From positions 192,001 to 256,000 of the forward strand of contig CAVVPN010000003.1 of the NCBI GenBank assembly GCA_963750165.1: a stretch of 64,000 nt of DNA. The letters run 5' to 3'. The notes under the pieces were generated by a model. That model did not search any database. It was not told the DNA's origin and was given only the letters and a program-made list of their open reading frames with translations. Within the stretch, counting starts at the first letter, position 1, and each line of letters starts with the position of its first letter. The position numbers and the translations under genes are program-made. The stretch is from an uncultured Gemmataceae bacterium (GTDB lineage: Bacteria > Planctomycetota > Planctomycetia > Gemmatales > Gemmataceae). This document shows positions 49,114-59,336 of the stretch, one piece after another.

Positions 49114-49923
49114 GTGCAGGCGAGCCGCCTGCACCCGGAAAGCAGCAGGTGGGGCATGTGGGCGCTGGTGCTGGTAGTGCTGACGGCGGCGGCCATCTAC
49201 TGGGATTTCTGCCGTTCGGGCAGGGACTGGGTGGAGTGGGGCACCTACTACATGACGCGGGTGTACTCGCAGTTGTGGCACCGCGTCTCGTACCGCGGCC
49301 GGGTGCCGTGGCCGCGGCACGGCCGGATGGTGCTGGTGTCGAACCACTCGTGCAGCGCCGATCCGCCCCTGCTGCTGGGCACCAGTCCGCGGCCGATTGG
49401 CTTTCTCGTGGCGCGCGAGCACTTCCGCATCAACCGGCTGTTCCACTGGTATCTGTTGCGGATCGGCTGCGTACCGGTGCTGCGCGACGGTCGCGATCCG
49501 GTGTCGCCGCGGCAGGCACTGCGGAAACTGCGGGCCGGCGGCATGATCGGCGTGTTCCCTGAGAGCAGCCTGGCCGGCGTCGGCCTTGATCGGCTGCGGC
49601 CCGGCCGACACGGCGCCGCCTTCCTGGCGCTGGCCGGTGAGGCCCCGGTCTATCCCGTCTACATCGCCGGCGGGCCGCAGACGCACCACCTGCTGGCCTC
49701 CTGGGTCTGGCCGTCGAAGAAGGCGGCGCGGATTTACTTCGGCGGGCCGATTGACCTGTCCGCCTACCACGGCCGGCCGCGCACCCGGGCCGTGCTGGAG
49801 GAAGTAACGCTGATACTGATGCGGCACATTGAAGCGTTGAAACCGTCGCCCCGAACTGGAGGGACACCCAATGAGCCAGGCAACCGCGACCGAGCTGACG
49901 CACAAGAAATGCGTGTCGTGTGA
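49114..49923 (+). CDS. 1-acyl-glycerol-3-phosphate acyltransferase family (PlsC-like)
   Basis: VSNHSCSADP, GVFPES, GAAFLA, PVYPVYI; start uncertain. Confidence 0.8.
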   Translation: MQASRLHPESSRWGMWALVLVVLTAAAIYWDFCRSGRDWVEWGTYYMTRVYSQLWHRVSYRGRVPWPRHGRMVLVSNHSCSADPPLLLGTSPRPIGFLVAREHFRINRLFHWYLLRIGCVPVLRDGRDPVSPRQALRKLRAGGMIGVFPESSLAGVGLDRLRPGRHGAAFLALAGEAPVYPVYIAGGPQTHHLLASWVWPSKKAARIYFGGPIDLSAYHGRPRTRAVLEEVTLILMRHIEALKPSPRTGGTPNEPGNRDRADAQEMRVV

Positions 49924-50215
49924 GGGCGGCGTCCCGAAGCTGACGCCGGAGCAGGTGAAGGGCTATCTGCAAGCGCTGCCGCAGTGGCGCCTGACCGAGG
50001 ACAGCCAGCGCATCCGCCGGGAGTGGCGCGTCAAGAATTTCGTGGCCGGCCTCGACTTCTTCCAGAAGGTCGGCAAGCTGGCCGAGGACGAGGGCCATCA
50101 CCCGGACCTGCACCTGACCGGTTACCGCAACGTCGCCATCGAACTCTGGACGCACGCCATCGGTGGGCTGTCGGAGAATGACTTCATTTTGGCGGCGAAG
50201 ATCGATCAGTTGTAG
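49871..50215 (+). CDS. phhB: Pterin-4-alpha-carbinolamine dehydratase
   Basis: KKCVSCEGG, AEDEGHHPDL, WTHAIGGLSENDFILAAKID; GGAGG SD. Confidence 0.93.
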   Translation: MSQATATELTHKKCVSCEGGVPKLTPEQVKGYLQALPQWRLTEDSQRIRREWRVKNFVAGLDFFQKVGKLAEDEGHHPDLHLTGYRNVAIELWTHAIGGLSENDFILAAKIDQL

Positions 50216-50347
50216 AGGTCAGGAGTCAGAGGTCAGAAGTCAGGAGTCAGAGAAATCAGTGGATATTCTCCGCTGCAATGGATCGCACCATTGGTGTAAC
50301 CGTTCTCTTGATTCCTGACTCCTGACTTCTGACTTCTGACCTCTGAC
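50215..50347. repeat. Inverted pair of heptamer tandem arrays
   Basis: (GAGGTCA/GGAGTCA/GAAGTCA)n ... (CTGACTC/CTGACTT/CTGACCT)n. Confidence 0.88.
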
Positions 50348-50362
50348 ACACGGAGGTGGACC

Positions 50363-51196
50363 ATGACCAGGACGGAACCCGTGCCGGTTGGCAACGTACT
50401 GTGCGGCGCCGGCCAACCGCTCGTGTGGATCGCCGGGCCGTGCGTGATCGAGTCGCATGAACTGACGCTGCACATCGCCGAGACCCTGCGCGACGTGGCC
50501 GAGCGGTTGCAGTTGCCACTGATCTTCAAGGCGTCCTTCGACAAGGCCAACCGCACCTCGGGCAAGTCGTTCCGCGGCCCTGGCCTGCAGGACGGCCTGC
50601 GGACGCTGGAAGCGGTCAAGCGCCGCACCGGGCTGCCGGTCACGACGGACATTCACGACATCCACCAGGTCGGCCCGGCGGCGGAGGTCTGCGACCTCTT
50701 GCAAATCCCGGCGTTCCTGGCCCGGCAGACGGACCTGTTGCAGGCGGCCGGCAGTACCGGCGTCGCGGTCAACGTCAAGAAGGGCCAGTTCATGGCGCCG
50801 TGGGACATGCGGCACGTCGTCAGCAAATTGGCGGAGGTCGGCAACCGCAAGGTGCTGTTGACGGAGCGTGGCAGCACCTTCGGCTACGGCCAGCTGGTCA
50901 ACGACATGCGGGCCATCCCGTGGATGCAGGATCTGGGCTGCCCGGTGATCTTTGACGCGACGCACAGCGTACAGAAGCCGGCGAGCCTCGGCGACCGCAC
51001 CGGCGGCGAGCGGCGCATGGTGCCATACCTGGCGCGGGCGGCCGTGGCGGTCGGCTGCGATGGCGTCTTCCTGGAGACGCACCCGCGGCCCGACGAGGCG
51101 CTGAGCGACGGCCCCAATATGATCGCCCTGGACGACTTCCCGGCCCTGGCCGAGATGTGCCTGCGACTGCGGCAGGCGCTGACCATTGCGGATTGA
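50363..51196 (+). CDS. kdsA: 3-deoxy-8-phosphooctulonate synthase
   Basis: [56 protein letters not shown]. Confidence 0.96.
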   Translation: MTRTEPVPVGNVLCGAGQPLVWIAGPCVIESHELTLHIAETLRDVAERLQLPLIFKASFDKANRTSGKSFRGPGLQDGLRTLEAVKRRTGLPVTTDIHDIHQVGPAAEVCDLLQIPAFLARQTDLLQAAGSTGVAVNVKKGQFMAPWDMRHVVSKLAEVGNRKVLLTERGSTFGYGQLVNDMRAIPWMQDLGCPVIFDATHSVQKPASLGDRTGGERRMVPYLARAAVAVGCDGVFLETHPRPDEALSDGPNMIALDDFPALAEMCLRLRQALTIAD

Positions 51197-51201
51197 CGGC
51201 G

Positions 51202-51391
51202 GGTTCGTAGTACCGCCTTTAGAGCGGTTCACAGCCGCGTGGATCACGCCCCGTAGGACGGCTCTCCAGAGCCGTCTCCGAGACAAGGACGGCTCTGGAG
51301 AGCCGTCCCACAGGCTGTGCGCAAACCAAGTGTGAACCGCTCCAGGCCGAATCTGGGTGTCTGTTTCCGGCTAAAGCCGGTACTACGAACC
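51202..51391. mobile_element. Nested REP / MITE-like / REP composite
   Basis: Outer arms GGTTCGTAGTACCG / CGGTACTACGAACC; 12-bp TIRs GAGCGGTTCACA / TGTGAACCGCTC; inner doublet GTAGGACGGCTCTCCAGAGCCGTC / GACGGCTCTGGAGAGCCGTCCCAC. Confidence 0.75.
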
Positions 51392-51422
51392 GATCTTTCA
51401 ATCCGCAATCGAAGGAGGCTGC

Positions 51423-53577
51423 ATGACTGTTCGGCACCGATGGCGCTGGTTCCGGTTCGGCATGATGACGTTCGCCGGGTTCTGTCTGACCGCCCTGGCC
51501 GGTTGCGGCGGTTGCGGCGGTATCGTTATCCAGCCTCCTGAGAAAAAACCGAACCAGGGCGATCCGCTGGAAATGGGCCGGGAAATCTTGCAAAAGGCCG
51601 ACGGACTCGCCGGCTACAAGGAGGGCCTCGAACAGTTCAACCGCTACCTGCACGGCCACTCCGACGCCCTCCAGGAGCACCGCCTGTCCAAGGAAGACCG
51701 CGCCGTCCTGAAAGAACACTTCGGCCTGGACGCGGACGAACTCCGCCAGATGGAAGCGACGGATTTTCAGAAGCTGGACAGTCATTACCTGGAACTGTGC
51801 TACCTGCTGCGCGACGCCGCCCGCTCGCTGCAGTTGCAGCACCTGCCACCGCTGGAGCAGGCGCGGCGCTGCTTCGACTGGGTGTGCCGGCAGGTCGTTC
51901 TGCGCGAGGCCCCCGGCGAACCGTTGCAGCCGCCGCTGTGGGCGCTGAAGCGTGGCTTCGGCTCAGCGCAGGATCGGGCCGTGGTGTTCGCGGAACTGCT
52001 GCGGCAGATCGAACTGGACGCGGCCATGCTGGCACTGCCCGGCGACAAGGGCGGCGTCCGCTACTGGGCGCCCGCGGTGCTCGTCGAGGACAGGGACCGC
52101 AGCGACCTGCACGTTTTCGACACACGGTTGGGGTTGCCGCTGCCGGGGCCGAAGAGCGGCGTCGCCACGCTGGCCCAGCTCAAGGCCCAGCCCACGCTGC
52201 TCCGGCAGCTGGATGTCAACGGTTTCACCTACGACGTGACCGACAAGGCCCTCGCCGGTGCTGAGGTCCGCCTGATCTGTCCGCTGACCGCGCTGGCGCC
52301 GCGCATGCGCTTCCTGGAGGCGGACCTGGCGCCGCACGACAAGGTCCGCCTGGCGCTGCGGCCGGCCGAGCTGCTGCGCCGCTTTGCGAAGGCCGGGGTG
52401 CCGGTCAAGGTGTGGAATGCGCCGCCGATCATCAAGGGGGGGCAGCGCGAACTCGAAATCTCGCCGACGCGCGTGCTGCGAGTCAACCTGCCACCGGACG
52501 AGGGCGGGATCGGCTCACCGCTCGTCTACCGCAGCTACCTGGTGGGCCTGACGCAGTGGGCGCCGATTGACCAGACGCTGGCACAGCTGAACATGCGGAC
52601 GACGCTGGGCGACCGCGGCGAGGACCTGCTGGCGGGGCTGATCGGCGAGGTGGTACGCCGCTTCGCGCTGGCGCCGCGTGAGTCCCTGGAGCGCGGCCGC
52701 ATTGACGAGGCGCACAAACGGCTGGAGAAGATTCATACGGTCCTGGGCGACTTCGCGGCGGCCCAGCTGGGCGAGGCCGAGTTCCAGGCCAAGTTGGCGG
52801 AGTGGCGCGAGGGAGCGCGGGCGGCGGTGAGGCGCTGGGCGCAGGAGGGCCAGGGCAATCCCCAGGCGCTGCTGCAAGGCTTCGCGGCCGAGGACCAGTA
52901 CCTCGTGCAGCTGCTGTTCGCCAGCGAGGACCTGGAATTCAAGGAGAAGCCGCACAAGACGGCCCTGAGCTTCGTGGTTTTCCGGGCGGTGGGCGACCCG
53001 CTGCGCCGCGAGGTGACGCGGTTGCAAGCGCTGCGCTACCACGAGATCGCCGTCCGCCGTCAGGCCACCGCGGACCGCCGCGGCACAGGGCCGGACAAGG
53101 AGGAGGCACGGGAGACCTGGTCCGACGCCAGCGGCCTGTGGAAGAATTACAGCGACCGCGTGCCGCTGACCGCCGCGACGCTGGCGGTGGGACTGCAGGG
53201 GGTCCGCGACGCCGCCGCGCGAGCGCGGGCGGAGCCCGGCTACACGCGCGCCCAGACCCTGCCCGACAGCCTGGCGCATTTCCTGCAAAAAGAACTGCGG
53301 CAGTCGGCCGCCGCGGGGCTGCTGGCGGCGAACTGCCAGGAGAAGGCGGAGAAGGCGGGCGACCAGGGCGCGGCCGTCGCGCTGGGCCGCCTGGCCGGCC
53401 AGCTGGCGGATCTGCGCAGGAGTCCGGAAGTGCAGCGGTTTCTGGAGCTGTACCCAACGGACACCCGCGCAGATCCGGCGCGCGTTGTTCAGCGACTACG
53501 CGGACGGCGGCAGCTTTTACTGGATAGAGTACGGCGCCCGCCTGCGGCAGCGCCGCCTGAGCGGCAAGGGCGGCTGA
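51423..53577 (+). CDS. Large hypothetical lipoprotein (frameshift near 53480)
   Basis: Lipobox LAGC; FDWVCRQV..GFGSAQDRAVVFAELLRQ; alternate frame LFSDYADGGSFYWIEY stops at 53577, just before xerD stop. Confidence 0.65.
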
Positions 53578-53582
53578 CAGCT

Positions 53583-54521
53583 TCACGCCGACGGCGGCTT
53601 ACCGCGCGGATGGAACTGCTGGTGGATCGCCTTGAGCCGGTCGCGATCCACGTGCGTGTAATGCTGCGTTGTCTGAATGCTGGCGTGGCCGAGCAGTTCC
53701 TGCACGGTACGCAGGTCGGCGCCGCCGGCGAGCAGGTGCGTCGCGAAACTATGCCGTAGCGTATGCGGACTTACCTTCGGATGCACGCCGGCGCGCTTCA
53801 CGTACTTCTTGACCAGCACCCACAACATCTCGCGCGACAGCGCCTTGCCGCCGCGGCTGACGAACACCCACGGCGCCTCTGGGTTGCTGCGCACCAGCCG
53901 CGGCCGCTGTCGTTCCAGGTACAGCGCCAGCGCTGCCAGCGCCGGCCGGCCGAGCGGCACCACGCGCTGCTTGCCGCCCTTGCCGTGACACTTGCAAAAA
54001 GCCGACTCGACGTGCAGGTCCGCCAGCGTCAGCCCGACCACCTCCGACGCCCGGCTGCCAGTCGCGTACAGCGTCTCCAGGATGGCCCGGTCGCGCAGGT
54101 AGAAGCGTTCCTGCGGCTGCGGCGCCGCCAGCAATTTTTCGACCTGCTCCGGGCTGAGCACCTGCGGGATGCGCTCCCACAACGCCGGCGAGCTGAGCAA
54201 CTCGACGGCGCTCTGCTGCACGCGCTCCTCCAGGCGCAGGAAGCGGTAGAACATCTTCAGCGCCACCAGATGGCGGGCGACGCTCGGCGGCGCCAGCTTT
54301 TCTTCGCGGAGGAAGCTGAGGTACAGCGCCAGCTCGCGGACGCCGGGCTTGAGGTAATCGGCCAGGCCGCCGGCGACGACCCAGTTGGCGAAGCGGTCGA
54401 GGTCGCGGCCGTAGGCCAGCACGGTGTTGTGTGCCACGCCGCGCTCGCTCTGCAGGTAGTGGCGGAAGGCGCGGATGTCTTCGAGCAACTCGGCGAGGTT
54501 TTTGGCGCTGGCCATGACCAT
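53583..54521 (-). CDS. xerD: Site-specific tyrosine recombinase XerD
   Basis: NTVLAYGRDL, LRDRAILETLYATGSRASE, GKGGKQRVVP, SPHTLRHSFATHLL, QELLGHASIQTTQHYTHV. Confidence 0.9.
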   Translation of the reverse strand: MVMASAKNLAELLEDIRAFRHYLQSERGVAHNTVLAYGRDLDRFANWVVAGGLADYLKPGVRELALYLSFLREEKLAPPSVARHLVALKMFYRFLRLEERVQQSAVELLSSPALWERIPQVLSPEQVEKLLAAPQPQERFYLRDRAILETLYATGSRASEVVGLTLADLHVESAFCKCHGKGGKQRVVPLGRPALAALALYLERQRPRLVRSNPEAPWVFVSRGGKALSREMLWVLVKKYVKRAGVHPKVSPHTLRHSFATHLLAGGADLRTVQELLGHASIQTTQHYTHVDRDRLKAIHQQFHPRGKPPSA

Positions 54522-54546
54522 CCTTGCAGGTGGAGGGGAGCAGGCG

Positions 54547-55599
54547 TTACAGGCCCAGGATCGTCAGATAGACGAACCAGGCCACGGCAATCGAGATGGC
54601 GTAGAGGACGCCGGCGATACTGATGATCTGCGACCGAAGCAGGTGCGGATGGTAAAACCCCACGGTCAGCAGGTAGACGAAGCCGGGGTTTTTTCGGTCG
54701 TCGAAAACCTGCAGGGCGAGGCGTGAGCTGTGCCAGAAGAACCAGGGTATCGGCACGTACAGCAGCGTGCCCGCGACCAGCACGACCAGTAGCACCGGGT
54801 ATCCCAGGGGGGCGGGGCCGAACACCTCGACCATGCGCGCCTGAACCTTGGGTTCGAGCATGAGCAGGGGGAGGATAGAGTAAACCACCACGGACATCGC
54901 GACCGTCATCCAGGTCACGCGCTTCCAGTAGTCCGCTTCGGGGCCCACCGTTTTCGCGGGCCGCGGTTCCGTGGGAACCACGCTGAGTGGCGCGACCGGT
55001 TCCAGGATGAGCGCGGCGGCCATTCCGACCCGCCGAATTTCGCGGATCGTCACATAGATCAGATAAACACCGCCGACGACGCCGACACAGCCGAGCACGA
55101 GGATGGTGATGGGGCCGCCCACCGGGCCTGCCTTCTTTTCCGCGACGACTTCCGCATACGTCAGGATCGGCTCGCCGCGGATGCTCGCCTTGTACAGGGG
55201 CACCCAACCATTTCTGGGAAAAACCGTTTCCTGTTTCGTGGACACCCAGATTTGCATGGGTTGGCCACTCTCGACTGCCCGTCGCAACGCGGCGAAGTTG
55301 CGCTGGTAACTTGCATATTCCGTGCGGTAGCCGGCGACCGTGAAATAGAGGTAGTGTCGGTCGTCGTTCCTTATACGACTCTGTCTCACCTCAATGTCCG
55401 TCGCCACGCCTTCGGCCAGGGTCAAGTCCTCCTCCGCGGTCGTGCCCCAGTCGAGCAAGACGTAGAGCGAGGTGACGATCATGACGGCTCCGCCGAGGAG
55501 GAACGCCGGACCAACCAATAACGTCCAGTAGGCTGGTTTTTTTTGAGAAGGTGTGGCGGAATGACGATTTTCGTTGAAAAACCCTGGCCTTTCTTCCAT
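54547..55599 (-). CDS. Hypothetical multi-pass membrane protein
   Basis: 350 aa, several TM segments; AAGGAG SD; lower GC than neighbours. Confidence 0.7.
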   Translation of the reverse strand: MEERPGFFNENRHSATPSQKKPAYWTLLVGPAFLLGGAVMIVTSLYVLLDWGTTAEEDLTLAEGVATDIEVRQSRIRNDDRHYLYFTVAGYRTEYASYQRNFAALRRAVESGQPMQIWVSTKQETVFPRNGWVPLYKASIRGEPILTYAEVVAEKKAGPVGGPITILVLGCVGVVGGVYLIYVTIREIRRVGMAAALILEPVAPLSVVPTEPRPAKTVGPEADYWKRVTWMTVAMSVVVYSILPLLMLEPKVQARMVEVFGPAPLGYPVLLVVLVAGTLLYVPIPWFFWHSSRLALQVFDDRKNPGFVYLLTVGFYHPHLLRSQIISIAGVLYAISIAVAWFVYLTILGL

Positions 55600-55659
55600 T
55601 CCGCTACTCCTTCTGAGCAGGCGACCTGAGAATGAGTTCCCTGGAGACGGAACCCCGCA

Positions 55660-56268
55660 CTACGAGCCGCCGAGCAGCCGCCGCAGCGCCGGCCGCAGTT
55701 GCGCCAGCGCCCGCGCCCGGTGGCTGAGCGCGTGCTTGACGCGGCTGCTCAGCTCGCCGAACGTCTTGTGGAACTCCGGAATCAGGAACAACGGATCATA
55801 CCCGAAGCCGCCGCTGCCGCGATACTCTTTTACGATCCGGCCGTGACAGCGCCCCTCGGTGACCGCCTGCACCTCGCCGCTCGGGTCAGCCAGCGCCGCG
55901 GTGCAGACGTAGTACGCGGCCCGCTTCTCGTCCGGCAGCGGCGCCAGCTCCGCGAGCAGGCGCTGGTTGTTGGCGGCGTCGTCGCCCTGCTTGCCGGCGT
56001 AGCGCGACGAGTAGACGCCCGGCCGGCCGTTCAGCCCCGGCACCACCAGGCCGCTGTCCTCGCCGAGCACCCACTGGCCCAGCGCTTTCGCCAGTTCGGT
56101 CGCCTTCTTGCGGGCGTTGTCCTCGAAGGTCTTGCCGTCCTCGACCACCTCCGGCGCGTCTGGGTAATCGGCCAGGGTGCGCAGTTCCAGGCCGAGGTCG
56201 CCGAGGATTTCCTCGATTTCCTGGCGCTTCTTGGCGTTGCGGGTGCCCAGGACCAGCACGGTGGCCAT
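55660..56268 (-). CDS. rdgB: Non-canonical purine NTP pyrophosphatase
   Basis: GTRNAKK, EDGKTFEDNARKKA, EDSGL, PGVYSSRYAG, GFGYDPLF, SHRARA. Confidence 0.95.
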   Translation of the reverse strand: MATVLVLGTRNAKKRQEIEEILGDLGLELRTLADYPDAPEVVEDGKTFEDNARKKATELAKALGQWVLGEDSGLVVPGLNGRPGVYSSRYAGKQGDDAANNQRLLAELAPLPDEKRAAYYVCTAALADPSGEVQAVTEGRCHGRIVKEYRGSGGFGYDPLFLIPEFHKTFGELSSRVKHALSHRARALAQLRPALRRLLGGS

Positions 56269-56386
56269 GCGATCGTCTCCCGGCCTGCGGATGGGCGTTC
56301 GTCTTGTCTGCGACCCGCGGTTATTTTACAGTGCCGGCCGTCTCGTCGTCCGCAGTTGGCCCCTGTCCTTTGAGGTATTTCGCCAC

Positions 56387-56826
56387 ATGACCTTGCCGCC
56401 CTTCAACCAATCGGGTGATCTGCCAGAAGGGATTCACAGCGCCGGGCTGGACGAAGTACTTGCCCGTTTTGGGGACGGGAACAAGCAACGCCGCCAGGTG
56501 TCCGACAACCTCCAACGCATCGTCGCGCTGGCCCGGGGCACCGGCAAGCTGGCCCGGTTCCTGCTGTTCGGCAGCTACGTCACCGCCAAGTCCGAACCCA
56601 ATGACGTTGACGTGATCCTCATCATGCAGGATGATTTCAACATCGGCGCCTGTGGCGAAGAAGCGAAAGCCCTGTTCGACCACCAGCGGGCCACGGAGGA
56701 AATGGGCGCCAGCATCTTCTGGCGCGGCCGGCGATGCTGCTCACGATCACCCTGGATGAATTCATCGCCCACTGGCAAGTGAAACGGGACCAAACGCGAC
56801 GCGGAATCGTGGAGGTGCGCGAATGA
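56387..56826 (+). CDS. Minimal nucleotidyltransferase, DUF6932-like (frameshift at about 56722)
   Basis: LPPFNQSGDLPEGIH, LFGSYVTAKSEPNDVDV (GS...DxD); a +1 base restores HWQVKRDQTRRGIVEV stop. Confidence 0.75.
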
Positions 56827-57056
56827 TCCACAACGACGTAGAACTCCAGGGCACCCAGGAGAGGATCGCCTTTCTGGAGAGCTTGCTGGCGCAACTCCGC
56901 GTAACCGCCACCCCCGAGGAGTTTCCATTCGTGGCCGGCGGCTACCGGGCGGAAATTGAGAAAATGCAGGCCGAGGTACTGGCCTACCTGACACGCCACG
57001 CCAGCCAACCGCTGCCGACCGCAGAACCGAGCGCCGCCGGCAGCACGGCCTCGTGA
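56823..57056 (+). CDS. Small helical partner protein (77 aa)
   Basis: ATGA overlap, GGAGG SD; MIHNDVELQGTQERIAFLE...YRAEIEKMQAEVLAYL. Confidence 0.75.
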   Translation: MIHNDVELQGTQERIAFLESLLAQLRVTATPEEFPFVAGGYRAEIEKMQAEVLAYLTRHASQPLPTAEPSAAGSTAS

Positions 57057-57124
57057 TCGCTCGCCTTGTCGCTGCGCCGCCCCGCCGTATCATTCCCCCC
57101 GACCGGAACCAGCAAGGGGGCGAC

Positions 57125-58111
57125 ATGACCATTCACTTCTGTGGCCTGGATGTGGGCGGCACCAGCATGAAGGGCGGCGTCATCACCGACGACGGCTGCG
57201 TCCTCAGCGCCGTCAGCCTGCCGACGGAGGCGCACAAGGGCCAGCAGCACGGCCTCGACCGCATGTGCGAAACCATCCGCCAGGCCGTCGTCGCCGCCGG
57301 GCTCGGTATCGAGCAGCTCAGCGCCATCGGCGTCGCCACGCCCGGCACCATGGACCTCAAGGCCGGCGTCATCCTCGACCCGCCCAACCTCAAGCCGTGG
57401 CAGAACGTGCCGGTGCGCCACCACATCGCGGAAACTTTCGGCGTGCCGACTGCCTTCCAGAACGACGCCAACGCCGCCGCCCTGGGCGAATACTGGATCG
57501 GCGCCGGTCAGGGCGTGAACAGCATGGTACTGTTCACGCTCGGCACCGGCATCGGTTGCGGTATCATCGTCGGCGACCTGGTGATCGAGGGCGAGCACAG
57601 CCACGGGGCCGAGGCCGGCCATATGAAGATCGAGATGTCCAACCCGCGGCAGTGCGGTTGCGGCCGCTGGGGCTGCCTGGAAGCCTACGCCAGCGCCACG
57701 GCGGTGGTGAAGCGCGCCCACGAAGCGCTGGCCGCCAGCGACGGCCGGTCGAGCCTGGGGGCGCTGCTGCACCAGCAGGGCGAGATCACTTCGCGCGACA
57801 TTTTTGACGCCGCCGCGAAGGGCGACACGCTGGCCGACAAGATCGTTGAAGATACCGCATTTTATTTGGCCGTCGGCGCCATGAACCTCATGCACCTCAT
57901 CGACCCGGACAGAATCGTCTTCGCCGGCGGCATGATCGCGGCCGGCGAGCCGTTTCTGCAGCGCATCCGCCGGCACGTGCAGGAGCTCGCCTTCCCGGTG
58001 CCGGCGGCCCACACGACGCTGTGCTTCGCCAAACTCGGCAGCGACGCCGGCTTCATCGGCGCGGCGGCGTGCGGCCGGCAACTATACCATCGCATCCGCA
58101 CCGCCCACTAA
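57125..58111 (+). CDS. ROK-family sugar kinase (glucokinase-like)
   Basis: GLDVGGT, NDANAAALGE, LGTGIGCG, EAGH, CGCGRWGCLEAYAS. Confidence 0.92.
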   Translation: MTIHFCGLDVGGTSMKGGVITDDGCVLSAVSLPTEAHKGQQHGLDRMCETIRQAVVAAGLGIEQLSAIGVATPGTMDLKAGVILDPPNLKPWQNVPVRHHIAETFGVPTAFQNDANAAALGEYWIGAGQGVNSMVLFTLGTGIGCGIIVGDLVIEGEHSHGAEAGHMKIEMSNPRQCGCGRWGCLEAYASATAVVKRAHEALAASDGRSSLGALLHQQGEITSRDIFDAAAKGDTLADKIVEDTAFYLAVGAMNLMHLIDPDRIVFAGGMIAAGEPFLQRIRRHVQELAFPVPAAHTTLCFAKLGSDAGFIGAAACGRQLYHRIRTAH

Positions 58112-58257
58112 CGCGACGCGCCAGCGCGCACCTTATTTTCAGGAGCGGGTACAAATGTGCGGTTGATGAACGTGGCATGACGTTTTCAAGAGGTGATGAT
58201 GGTGCCAAGACGCATGCCAAAGCAGCTAAAAAGTGACGGAAATGCCGTGTCGGGCCC

Positions 58258-58286
58258 TTGACGGCCCAAAATGGGACGGGTACGAT
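58258..58286 (+). promoter_or_regulatory. Sigma70-type promoter of csrA
   Basis: TTGACG-17 bp-TACGAT. Confidence 0.7.
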
Positions 58287-58512
58287 TAAGAGTAATGAGG
58301 ACTCGGCAGCGCCAGGAGTTCAGGCCCACTCCAGCCACGTTCCAGGGACTGGACGCCGTCAGCCGCGCCTCATTTCTGATTCCTCCAGGCGAAGGGGATC
58401 TTCACCGGCGCGCTCTCACTCACAAATCCGCCGTGGATTTGGGCAGCCTGTGTCAGCGCGTGGGAGTCAGTTCATCCCAGCAGCCCCTTGTTTCCAAGAA
58501 GGATAGGCGGCG

Positions 58513-58731
58513 ATGTTAGTACTGTCCAGGAAAAAAAACGAGAGCATTGTCATCAACAATGACATCACCGTCACCGTCGTCGAAATTCGCGGCGATAAGG
58601 TGCGGCTCGGCATTGTTGCTCCCAAGGAAGTCCCGGTCCACCGCCAGGAAGTGTTCGACGCCATCCACGGCAAGAACAGTGCGGAGCCCGCGACGACCGC
58701 CAAGCCCGACGCCAACGGTCGTGCAGTGTAA
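58513..58731 (+). CDS. csrA: Carbon storage regulator
   Basis: MLVLSRKKNESIVI..VRLGIVAPKEVPVHRQEV. Confidence 0.96.
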   Translation: MLVLSRKKNESIVINNDITVTVVEIRGDKVRLGIVAPKEVPVHRQEVFDAIHGKNSAEPATTAKPDANGRAV

Positions 58732-58754
58732 CGTATCGTTCTCGTGTTGCCAAG

Positions 58755-58810
58755 ACCCTCCTTGCAAAACTGCGCGATCTTTTCTCGCGGTTTTTGGAGG
58801 GTTTTTTTAT
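58755..58810 (+). terminator. Probable intrinsic terminator after csrA
   Basis: ACCCTCC..AAAACTGCG..CGCGGTTTT.GGAGGGT followed by a T run. Confidence 0.6.
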
Positions 58811-58824
58811 ATCCAGGCTCGCGC

Positions 58825-59205
58825 ATGGCCAAACCCACCATCGCCGTTCTCGGCGCCAGCCCCGACCGTCAGAAATTCGGCAACCGTTGCGTCCGTGCCT
58901 ACGCCGCTGTTGGTTACGAGGTCTACCCCGTCCATCCCCGCGCCGCGGAGGTCGAGGGCCACCGAGCGTATCCGACCCTGGCGGACGTGCCGGCCGAGCG
59001 ACTCGACCGCGTCAGCGTGTACCTGCCGCCGGACGTGGCCCTGCGGGTGTTGCCGGAACTCACGCACAAGGCCATCGGCGAATTGTGGTTGAACCCTGGG
59101 GCGGACAGCCCGGAGGTGGTCACCCGCGCCCGGGAACTCGGCCTGCCGGTCGTCGTCGGTTGCAGCATCGTGGACGTGGGCGTCAACCCGCATACGCTGG
59201 ACTGA
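58825..59205 (+). CDS. CoA-binding protein (YccU-like)
   Basis: IAVLGAS, GYEVYPVHP, AYPTLADVP, LWLNPG. Confidence 0.9.
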   Translation: MAKPTIAVLGASPDRQKFGNRCVRAYAAVGYEVYPVHPRAAEVEGHRAYPTLADVPAERLDRVSVYLPPDVALRVLPELTHKAIGELWLNPGADSPEVVTRARELGLPVVVGCSIVDVGVNPHTLD

Positions 59206-59206
59206 A

Positions 59207-59274
59207 GGCGAGCGGCGCGGCGTCAGCCCGCCGGTGCTCCGAAGTACCGGCGGGCTGACGCTGCGCCGCTCGCC
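59207..59274. repeat. REP-like palindrome family A, copy 4
   Basis: GGCGAGCGGCGCGGCGTCAGCCCGCCGGT...ACCGGCGGGCTGACGCTGCGCCGCTCGCC. Confidence 0.9.
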
Positions 59275-59336
59275 GACTGGACCTCCCGTAGGACACTTGG
59301 TTCGCAACGCTCGCCTAACTCCCTGCGGCCACGCTA

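Noticed and set aside
53583..54521. Integron or prophage integrase for the attC cassette
   Set aside because: Sequence fits housekeeping XerD, shows no IntI-specific insertion before the HxLRH motif, and lies about 46 kb from the attC.
54547..55599. Second integron cassette
   Set aside because: Lower GC, but no attC-like palindrome after the stop.
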